Source of the DNA: Nitrospinaceae bacterium
Lineage (GTDB): Bacteria; Nitrospinota; Nitrospinia; Nitrospinales; Nitrospinaceae
Reading direction: 5' to 3'
Assembly (NCBI GenBank): GCA_965223665.1
Contig: OZ245011.1
Span: 3,072,001-3,136,000 of the forward strand
Length of the DNA: 64,000 nucleotides
A program made the position numbers and the translations under genes. The notes below the pieces were generated by a model. The model ran no database searches and had not been told where the DNA came from. It saw nothing but the letters and a program-made list of their open reading frames with translations. Below are positions 53,064 through 61,132 of this stretch, piece after piece. Each line of letters begins with the position of its first letter. Position 1 is the stretch's first letter.

Positions 53064-53705
53064 TTATTTCTTTTCTTCTTTTTTCATTACATCCATACGG
53101 TTGGTAATAACGTTATCAATGATTCCGTATTCTTTGGCCTCAATGCCTGTCATAAAATTATCTCGTTCCGTATCTACCCGGACCTTGTCTTTGGGTTGGC
53201 CGGTATGTTTAGCTAGAATATCATCTAAAGTATCGCGGATCTTAGATATCTCTTGTGCCTGAATTTGAATGTCAGTACTTTGCCCTTGGAAACCTCCAGA
53301 AGGTTGATGAATCATGACTCGCGAATTGGGTAAGGCAAAACGCTTTCCTTTTGCACCCGCGCCCAATAGCAAAGCTCCCATACTCGCAGCTTGCCCTAAA
53401 CAAATCGTTTGTACATCAGGTTTGATATATTGCATAGTATCATAAATTGCCAAACCAGACGACACCACTCCTCCTGGACTATTGATATATAAGTAAATAT
53501 CTTGATCCGGCTCATCAGACTCTAAAAATAGCAATTGCGCAATAATTAGATTGGCCATGTGGTCTTCCACAGCGGTACCGATGAAAATAATGCGATCTTT
53601 TAACAATCGCGAATAAATATCGTAAGAACGTTCTCCACGGCTGGTTTGCTCTACAACAATAGGAACTAATTGATTGGTAATTTGCTGATTATTTTCCTGC
53701 TTCAT
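53064..53705 (-). CDS. clpP: ATP-dependent Clp protease proteolytic subunit
   Basis: [40 protein letters not shown]. Confidence 0.98.
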   Translation of the reverse strand: MKQENNQQITNQLVPIVVEQTSRGERSYDIYSRLLKDRIIFIGTAVEDHMANLIIAQLLFLESDEPDQDIYLYINSPGGVVSSGLAIYDTMQYIKPDVQTICLGQAASMGALLLGAGAKGKRFALPNSRVMIHQPSGGFQGQSTDIQIQAQEISKIRDTLDDILAKHTGQPKDKVRVDTERDNFMTGIEAKEYGIIDNVITNRMDVMKKEEKK

Positions 53706-53845
53706 AAGTCAATTTATCGCTTTCTTTTACAATGGGTGGAATAATTCTGGAAGGGAGGATTCCCCTGTTTGCACATTTAATTTTAACCGCAAGAATGGGG
53801 ATAAGTCCAAAAAAATTGGTTGTTTACAAGGCCAGCTCATCTTTA

Positions 53846-55213
53846 TTAATTATCGGATTTTATCTGATCTCTGTCAACCGTTTCTTCATTAACTTGGACT
53901 TTATCAAAGAGTTCATCTAATGTTTTTTCACGCCGCATTCGGCTGTGCAAACGCATTAATGCCCCTGATTGTGACCATTCTTTTTTCATTTGTTTTAAAT
54001 CGCCGCCCCCTAACATACTCATAAAATTATTTAACTCATTGTCAAGTTCTTGCTCCGTAATATTTATTTTAAAATCTTCTGCTAAATTTCCTATGAGTAA
54101 CTCTTGTTGTAGGATTTTTACCGCAGCCTCCCGGTGTTTTTCTTCATCTTCCGGTGTATAGGAATCTTCCTTTTCATGTTCATGGTCGTGGTCATGATCA
54201 TGTTCATGAGAATGCGTCTTTTCGGGTTGCGATGGATTTTCTTTTTGTTTTTCTTGCTTTACCATAAAAGCAATTTGCTCTTTAATTAATTTTTCGGGAA
54301 TATCAATTGGGTTTGCATTGGTCAAATTTTCAGCCAATTGTTTTTGAGACTTCTTCTTGGCTTGTTTTCGTTCATATTCTTCTAAACCCTTTCTTACTCC
54401 CTGTCGCATCTCCTCAACAGTTTGATAATTTTTGCTTGGATCGGCAATTTTTGCAAATTCATCATCTACCTCAGGCAATTCCTTGATTTGGATTCCCTTA
54501 AGGACTACCTTAAAATCAACTGCTTTTCCGGCAATTTCTTTATTGGGATGATCATCTGGCATGGGGAGGGAAAATGTTCTTTCTTCATCTATCATCATTC
54601 CTTCAATTTTTTTATCAAAGCCTTCAACCAAATTGTCAGAACCCATTTGAACAACATAATCGGTGGCAGAACTGCGATCAAATGGTTTTCCATCAATGGT
54701 GCTTTCGAAATCTAATTTAAGAAAGTCGTCTTTTTTGGCTCCGCGGTCAATTACGGGAATAGATTTAGAGTGTGTTTTTCTATAAGCTTCAATCACTTCG
54801 TCTATGTTTTCATCCGTCACTTTTGCAACCTGTAGGTCTACTTGGATATTTTTTAAATCGTTAATTGTAAAGTCCGGCACCACTTCCACGTTTGCGGTTA
54901 CGCTGATATCCGTTCCCTCTTCTGCTTGAATTTCAACAATATTGGGTTGCCCTACCGCACGTAGTTTATTTTCTTCAATTCCTTGGGTAATACTGTCCGA
55001 TACCATTTGGGTGAGAACTTCTTTTTTTACCTCTGGGCCAAATCGTTTTTCCATTATTGAAACAGGAACTTTACCTGGGCGAAAACCTGGTACTTTAACT
55101 TGTTTGCCTAATTTTTGGTAATACGCCTTAATTTGGGATTGATAATCTCCCAAAGGAATTTCTATTTTCAGTTTTTTATTGCATGAATCGATTTCTTCGA
55201 CTTCACATTTCAT
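53846..55213 (-). CDS. tig: Trigger factor
   Basis: VPGFRPGKVP ribosome-binding motif, FKBP domain; start reassigned to MKCEVEE (55213) because the longer ORF overlaps tRNA-Leu. Confidence 0.95.
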   Translation of the reverse strand: MKCEVEEIDSCNKKLKIEIPLGDYQSQIKAYYQKLGKQVKVPGFRPGKVPVSIMEKRFGPEVKKEVLTQMVSDSITQGIEENKLRAVGQPNIVEIQAEEGTDISVTANVEVVPDFTINDLKNIQVDLQVAKVTDENIDEVIEAYRKTHSKSIPVIDRGAKKDDFLKLDFESTIDGKPFDRSSATDYVVQMGSDNLVEGFDKKIEGMMIDEERTFSLPMPDDHPNKEIAGKAVDFKVVLKGIQIKELPEVDDEFAKIADPSKNYQTVEEMRQGVRKGLEEYERKQAKKKSQKQLAENLTNANPIDIPEKLIKEQIAFMVKQEKQKENPSQPEKTHSHEHDHDHDHEHEKEDSYTPEDEEKHREAAVKILQQELLIGNLAEDFKINITEQELDNELNNFMSMLGGGDLKQMKKEWSQSGALMRLHSRMRREKTLDELFDKVQVNEETVDRDQIKSDN

Positions 55214-55242
55214 AAAAGTGCAGAGGTTGAAGGTTAAACAAA

Positions 55243-55325
<83 letters not shown>

Positions 55326-55342
55326 GATATTGGGTATTCCCG

Positions 55343-55371
55343 ATTAAAGCACCTTTTATGAGCTCTGTCAA
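55343..55371 (-). promoter_or_regulatory. Sigma-70 promoter of tRNA-Leu/tig
   Basis: TTGACA-17nt-TTTAAT with extended TG. Confidence 0.55.
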
Positions 55372-55426
55372 TGAACGGCCCATTATCCAAAGGGTTTAGC
55401 CTATCCAGTCATTTAACCTTAAGGGG

Positions 55427-56254
55427 TCAAATAATGGTTTTTTTCGAAAAAATGGGAAGGCTGGATTCCAATTGAAAATACCGACTATCAAAAAAGTCGG
55501 GTAAACTTTCATGATTGCCCAAAACTAAAAGACCCTCTGGCCGGATAAGTTGGTCAATTTTAGATAGAATTTTTACCTGAGATTCAAAATCATAATAGGT
55601 GAATGCCAGGTTTCGGCAAAGAATAAGATCAAAGGGTCCTTCTAAATCGGTTTTTCTTATATCCTGTTTTATAAATTGAATATTATGTTTATATTTTTCT
55701 TTTAGAGTGAATTGTTTATTGTTGAAATCAAAAGCTTCAGAAACCCAGTGATTTGGTAATTCTTTAAGGCTGGATTGAGGGTATCGAGCTTGTTCGGCTC
55801 TTTTTAATAAATCCGCATCAATATCAGTTGCCAAAATTTCTAAGATCATTTTTCCTGGGAAAGGTTCCACTAAATGTTCCCAAGCCAACTTAAGAGAATA
55901 CGGTTCCTCTCCAGAAGCACATCCTGCGCTCCAACATTTAAATGAAAATATTTTTTGGTGAAGTAAATTTTGAATTAAGTAAGGAATCCCAACTTGCCCT
56001 AAATATTCGAAAGTTTTTTTATTTCGAAAAAATCTGGTAATGGTGACTCTGCATAAACTGTCTAAAATTTTCCACTCTTTCGGATTTTGATTTAAATATT
56101 TTTCGTAGGACTTTAAATCTTTTAATGATAATTCTGCGAGTCTTTTATTAATCCGTTTGCAAACTTGCTTGCGAACCTTTCGAAATCCATTCCATTGCAT
56201 ATTTATTTTCGGAAGCGTTTCTTGTAAAAACTTTATGCATTCAGTGTCCTTCAT
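55427..56254 (-). CDS. cheR: CheR-type protein-glutamate methyltransferase (solo)
   Basis: TITRFFRN, WSAGCASGEEPYSL, ATDID, FDLILCRN, GLLVLGNHE. Confidence 0.88.
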   Translation of the reverse strand: MKDTECIKFLQETLPKINMQWNGFRKVRKQVCKRINKRLAELSLKDLKSYEKYLNQNPKEWKILDSLCRVTITRFFRNKKTFEYLGQVGIPYLIQNLLHQKIFSFKCWSAGCASGEEPYSLKLAWEHLVEPFPGKMILEILATDIDADLLKRAEQARYPQSSLKELPNHWVSEAFDFNNKQFTLKEKYKHNIQFIKQDIRKTDLEGPFDLILCRNLAFTYYDFESQVKILSKIDQLIRPEGLLVLGNHESLPDFFDSRYFQLESSLPIFSKKTII

Positions 56255-56323
56255 TTTTTTTGAAAACGAGGTTAATGATTAAGAGGTGGAAGAGTGTTTT
56301 TGGAGAAAATAGCTTTTAGTATT

Positions 56324-57103
56324 TTATTTCGGTTTAATAATGTTTCCAGGAGAATAGGTTCCCTTGGCTACTGTAGTGTTGGGGTATACCCAGGATTCTT
56401 TACCTAAAAATGTTCCAGGGGATATAACGGAGTTGCACCCCAATTCACAATGATCTCCAATTAATGCTCCGAGTTTGGACATGCCGGATGGAGTTACTTT
56501 GTCTTCCCATCGTATGTTTATATCAGGAAAGTGGACCTTAAGCTTGTCCTCAGATTTTCGAAATTTTAAATTAGCAATTTTAGAACCTGCACCCATATTG
56601 ACATAGCTTCCAATAATGCTGTCACCAAGATAGTTAAAATGTCCGGCCTCTGTGTGGTTCATTATAATAGTATTTTTTATCTCGGTAGTGTGGCCAAGGA
56701 CACAATGATTTCCAGCAATCACATTTGTTCGAAGATAAGCACCCTGACGAATTTCGCATTGATCCCCAATAATAGCGGGTCCTTTGACAATAGCGGTTGG
56801 TTCTAAGAAAATTCCTGCACCCAATAAAACTTGAGCAGTTTTAATATAAACGGGAGCATCTGTTTGAAACCATTCTTCTACCACAAACCCGGGCTCCTTG
56901 AATCTGAAATTTTGATTGGAAGGAATAAATCGTATTTCTTTTAAGGAGTCAACCATTTGGATATTTTTAGGTAGATTTTTTAAAAAATTTTCCAAATAGG
57001 ACTTTAAGTGTAGAAGCGGATACCAGGGAGTGTCGGCACCTTCGATTAAATTTTTATGATCAAATTCTTTGATGTTGGGGAAAAAAGAATTTATGTCAAA
57101 CAT
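56324..57103 (-). CDS. Left-handed beta-helix acetyltransferase (GlmU C-terminal/archaeal-type-like, stand-alone)
   Basis: KGPAIIG..CEIRQGAYLR, GHTTEIKN, HFNYLGDSIIG..VNMGAG, KLGALIGD..ELGCNSV..PG. Confidence 0.8.
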   Translation of the reverse strand: MFDINSFFPNIKEFDHKNLIEGADTPWYPLLHLKSYLENFLKNLPKNIQMVDSLKEIRFIPSNQNFRFKEPGFVVEEWFQTDAPVYIKTAQVLLGAGIFLEPTAIVKGPAIIGDQCEIRQGAYLRTNVIAGNHCVLGHTTEIKNTIIMNHTEAGHFNYLGDSIIGSYVNMGAGSKIANLKFRKSEDKLKVHFPDINIRWEDKVTPSGMSKLGALIGDHCELGCNSVISPGTFLGKESWVYPNTTVAKGTYSPGNIIKPK

Positions 57104-57127
57104 TTGCTTCCTAAAAATTTTAATGGC

Positions 57128-59209
57128 TCATTTTAGTGAGGCGTACCAATTTCCTCGGTCAGTTAAACGATAACCTTGAACCGAGGGCTGTATTAAACCT
57201 TGTTTACGCATTTCCATTAACACTCGTTTTAAAGATGCCTCTTCTATTTTATCCTCAGGCAATGGGTTTGATTTGATTTTGTTGATCAAATCTTTTTCTA
57301 TAGCATAAAAATGATTTGATTCATCCTTCATGTTTAAAAATAGTAAGCGTATTGCTTCTTCTCCAATTTGGATCAATTCTTTTTTATTTTTGCGGTTTCC
57401 GCGGAGATTGATGCCGATCTTATTTTCAGTTCCCGAATTTCTAATAAAAATTCCCGCCCTAGAATTTTTAGAATCCGTTAAAGAAAAATAAAGCATATCC
57501 AGGTCTTCGCGAAAGGTTTCAATTTTACAATTGTAATTCAATGCCTTTGTTAATTTTGTGATTAACTGTTTTACCCGATTCCAAACCTTGGATTTATGGT
57601 AAAAAAGTTCCTTTTTGACATAGTAAGCATAAAGAGTTTCTTTGAATCCGGCAGTAAAAGGATTTTCTATCTGTGAAAAATATTTTTTTGTTTCCAGAGA
57701 AGATAATAGAGTTTGAGTGGCAGAAAAAGTATTTAAGGCACTTTTTAACCCGTTGCCATAAAATACGGGAATAGATGGCCCTTTTTCTGTTTTCATCCAT
57801 CCAATTGTAATGTTGTGACCTGTTTCTTCACTGCCCACCGCAAAAGGAATATTTATGGAATGATTTTCCGCATTTTCTTCCGAAGGAGTTTTTAGTTTCT
57901 CAATTTCTTTTTCTAAAGATTCAAATTGCTCGACATTAAAGGTTGTGGATTTTTTTAAAGCGTCAAATGATTTTTTTAACTTTTTTCTTTTTCGTTCATC
58001 TAAGCTTGAGATTAAATTTTCAAGCATAATAAGCGCTAATCTAAGTGAAATCCATTTATCTCCAACCGCTGAAAGCTGATGATTAAATCCTAATTTTTCT
58101 GCTGCAATCCCAGCGTTTAGATCACTTTCAACAGTATTAATGTATGCAGACTTTTGGTACAACTTGGAATTCTGCTTCATTAAATATTTAGCCTGAAGAA
58201 AAGCTGTTTCGTCTCCGCTTGAAACAATTAATCCATCTTTCTCTGGGTGGTAATCCAGTTTATAAAAACGGTCCCCATCTGCATCAAAAACGGCCCCGCA
58301 AACTTGTAATTTTCCTTGAGAAATTTTTTCCTTATTTCTTCTTCCTAATTCAAACAATTTGCGAATGGCAATATATTTTGAGAAAATTCCTACCCCTTTT
58401 TCAATGGTTTGTGATGAAATAAATGTATAACCTTCAATATCTCCAACCCCACTGTTGAGATTAACATCCCCTCCCAGGCTATTATTTACTTCTATTACTT
58501 TTCCAAAACCGGCTTGACGAAAAATTTGGGCCGCCAATCCGGATAATGATCCGCGGGCGGGGTCTACCACCAAGCATATATTTTTGAAAGAACAATCCTG
58601 AGCCCAGGAATTTTCCGGAGATAATGAAAAAGATGTGAAAAGGTCAAGTGCTTCCCTCCTGCGGTCTAGCCTTTGTCCTTTAATAGGAAGTTTTTTTATG
58701 GAACCCAATTTCATTAGGGCTTGGGTTAATTCAATATCATTCTCAGGAAGAAGCTTCATGCCGTGGTAGGCTAAAAACGTTTTAATGCCATTTTGGTCTT
58801 TTGGATTATGAGAGGCAGTTATCATAAATCCCCCAGCAGCATTTTTAAATAAAGAATACATTGGAACAAGGGGGGTTGGTACTACACCTAATGCAAGGGC
58901 ATTGGCTCCAGCTTTTCTTATCCCCCGAACCACCGATTCAGTAAAGTTTTCGTTAGGATCTCTTGGATCCCATCCCACTACAAAGGATTCTAAATTTTTA
59001 TTTTTTCTTTTTTCAATTTGGATTTTTACATGAGCGTAAACATACAACTCCATAAACTCTTCAGTAATGATCCCTTTTTCCTGAAAAGCTTTTAAAGGAG
59101 AAAGTCCTGCGACCATTGGGTGGGTGGATAGGGCGGTTTCCCGGCGAACCCCATCTGTGCCCTGTATTCGATATTTTGGGTTTTGGGCAAGTTCAGAAAT
59201 TGACGACAT
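57128..59209 (-). CDS. Phosphohexose/phosphoglucosamine mutase family protein with insertions and C-terminal extension
   Basis: GTDGVR, VGWDPR, VPTP, MITASHNP..QNGIK, FDADGDR, VGDKW, GSEETGH, RNSGTE. Confidence 0.85.
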   Translation of the reverse strand: MSSISELAQNPKYRIQGTDGVRRETALSTHPMVAGLSPLKAFQEKGIITEEFMELYVYAHVKIQIEKRKNKNLESFVVGWDPRDPNENFTESVVRGIRKAGANALALGVVPTPLVPMYSLFKNAAGGFMITASHNPKDQNGIKTFLAYHGMKLLPENDIELTQALMKLGSIKKLPIKGQRLDRRREALDLFTSFSLSPENSWAQDCSFKNICLVVDPARGSLSGLAAQIFRQAGFGKVIEVNNSLGGDVNLNSGVGDIEGYTFISSQTIEKGVGIFSKYIAIRKLFELGRRNKEKISQGKLQVCGAVFDADGDRFYKLDYHPEKDGLIVSSGDETAFLQAKYLMKQNSKLYQKSAYINTVESDLNAGIAAEKLGFNHQLSAVGDKWISLRLALIMLENLISSLDERKRKKLKKSFDALKKSTTFNVEQFESLEKEIEKLKTPSEENAENHSINIPFAVGSEETGHNITIGWMKTEKGPSIPVFYGNGLKSALNTFSATQTLLSSLETKKYFSQIENPFTAGFKETLYAYYVKKELFYHKSKVWNRVKQLITKLTKALNYNCKIETFREDLDMLYFSLTDSKNSRAGIFIRNSGTENKIGINLRGNRKNKKELIQIGEEAIRLLFLNMKDESNHFYAIEKDLINKIKSNPLPEDKIEEASLKRVLMEMRKQGLIQPSVQGYRLTDRGNWYASLK

Positions 59210-59396
59210 CCTTTAAATGAAACCAAGGTATGGTATTGGACAGAAAATTACGAATTTCCAATTTTAACACACATTTTATGCTTGACCAAATGGGTGGACC
59301 TTGCCTTTCTACCTTCAATAAAGGAGATATTATTGAGGACTTAAGTTAAAACAATGGATTAATATAAACTTTTACTATGATTTAAGACTACGACTA

Positions 59397-59705
59397 TTAG
59401 TTATAGCAAAAGTTAATTTTGTCGACTAACTTCTTTGCAAAGCTTTTTTCAGAGATGTAAGGCTCAGATTCTTCTTCACCTTCATTCAGAAAGTCATTAT
59501 TGGGTTCAATTCCACTTTTATCATTGAGTAAGTGATCCACTAATTTTTTTCCATCTAAAACATAATCGTGACCCTCCAAAAATTCGATCATGTCCATTTC
59601 TTTTAAAACTTCTAGGCAGTTCTTTACACCCTCGGAACCCAAAATTGCTTTATTTATTTCCATCCATAACAGTTCGGCCATTTCTCGTTTTTTGTAATCT
59701 TCCAT
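59397..59705 (-). CDS. Hypothetical protein
   Basis: 102-aa ORF with AAGGA SD; no family recognised. Confidence 0.65.
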   Translation of the reverse strand: MEDYKKREMAELLWMEINKAILGSEGVKNCLEVLKEMDMIEFLEGHDYVLDGKKLVDHLLNDKSGIEPNNDFLNEGEEESEPYISEKSFAKKLVDKINFCYN

Positions 59706-59865
59706 CTTCCATTCCTTTCAAAAATTCTCCAGTGTTTTAATATAAAAATATTCTAGAGCGGAAGAATTACAAAATGATCTGCAATAGGTTACAAAGTAGC
59801 AACATTGCTACAGTGTAAATCAAATGGAAATAGTTTTTAATGTTTTAAGCTTAAACCCAGCAACT

Positions 59866-60063
59866 TCAAGTAAAGTCATGGAATTTTTTTTGAATAATTT
59901 CAATGGGGTTTACATATTTGTTACAAAGGATTACAGCATCGAGGTTAAGAGATTCTTCGGAAATAATTTTAAATTGGGAAAGTTTAATAGGTTTGGCCTG
60001 GCAGGTAGAATTTTCTAATGCGCAAAAATCACACATGTTTAAGGATTTAAATTTATCAGTCAT
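59866..60063 (-). CDS. Small four-cysteine (putative metal-binding) protein
   Basis: AAGGA SD; NMCDFC-x6-C...DAVILCNKY. Confidence 0.65.
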   Translation of the reverse strand: MTDKFKSLNMCDFCALENSTCQAKPIKLSQFKIISEESLNLDAVILCNKYVNPIEIIQKKFHDFT

Positions 60064-60217
60064 TTAACTATCCTTTTATTAGTAACTAAGACCTTACTTT
60101 TTTTATATATAAAGGAAATTTTGAGGAAAAGGTACTGATCAATTAGATGTTGCTCTAAATCATTTTATTGAAAACAATATTTATTCTTTTAGAGAAATAA
60201 AATTTTGAGAAAGGTTT

Positions 60218-61132
60218 TTAATTTCCAATTTCGATTATAGCTTTACGGCCTTGGTAAGAAAATATGGCGCGTTCGGGATCAATTTGTTTGAGGGTTGCTC
60301 CCAAAACATTCTCCCCTACTCTTAACTTTTGGTTTCGTTCTGAAGATGTTGAATAAAAAATATAATTAGAGGGATTGTCTTCTCCAAAGAAAATAATTCC
60401 ACGTAATTGAAAGTCCGGCAGGGATGAAACTGCTTCCATATTTGGAAATGTTTCTTCTTCAACCTGCGCCATTCTTTTTGCTTTTTCAATTGCTTCATTT
60501 AATTCTTCATCAATTTCTTCTTCCACTTCTTCTTCTACCGGTAAAAGTTCAGACTCCACGGGTTGAACCGCTGCAACAATAGTTTCATTAGCTTCATTTT
60601 GATTTTGAATTGGGTCTTCCTCTGGGATTACGGGGACAGGTTTAGGGGTTTCCTGAACAATTTGAATAGGTTGGTTTTCTTCCTTAGGGGAAGTATCTAA
60701 AACTTTTTTCTGGTTTTCAGGAGATTTTGAAATTTCTTCTTTTTTTATAGGTTGAACTTTTTTAACCTGTGAACTTTTTAAGGGATATCCAGTTTCTTCT
60801 TCCTGGATACTGGACATAGCAATTCCATTGTAAATAGGTTTTGAAGAAAAGGTTTGTGGGATCTTTTTAATAATTGGTTTCATTGGAGTTAAAGTAAGTT
60901 CATTGGAGGGAAGGCTTTTGATTTTTGGTAGTATCCAAAAAAAGACGGATATTCCAATTACTATACTTCCGGAAATAAAACCTAAAACCCATATCCAACG
61001 TTTTACTTTATCCTTCGATAAATAATTTCCATCTCCACTATCGTGAACCAATAGGTCTTGCAGATCGAGATTTTTTTCCAAGAGGCTTTTTTCTTCCTCC
61101 AATTTTTTTAGTGATTTTAAAATAGTACTCAT
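60218..61132 (-). CDS. GspB/ExeB-like type II secretion accessory protein
   Basis: MSTILKSLKKLEEEK N-terminus, TM helix, disordered linker, C-terminal LRVGE...ATLKQIDPERAIF; ATGA-coupled to the ExeA gene. Confidence 0.75.
   Translation of the reverse strand: MSTILKSLKKLEEEKSLLEKNLDLQDLLVHDSGDGNYLSKDKVKRWIWVLGFISGSIVIGISVFFWILPKIKSLPSNELTLTPMKPIIKKIPQTFSSKPIYNGIAMSSIQEEETGYPLKSSQVKKVQPIKKEEISKSPENQKKVLDTSPKEENQPIQIVQETPKPVPVIPEEDPIQNQNEANETIVAAVQPVESELLPVEEEVEEEIDEELNEAIEKAKRMAQVEEETFPNMEAVSSLPDFQLRGIIFFGEDNPSNYIFYSTSSERNQKLRVGENVLGATLKQIDPERAIFSYQGRKAIIEIGN

Noticed and set aside
53706-53845. Possible sigma-32 promoter for clpP (CTTGTA...CCCCAT)
   Set aside because: The spacer is about 24 nt, too long.
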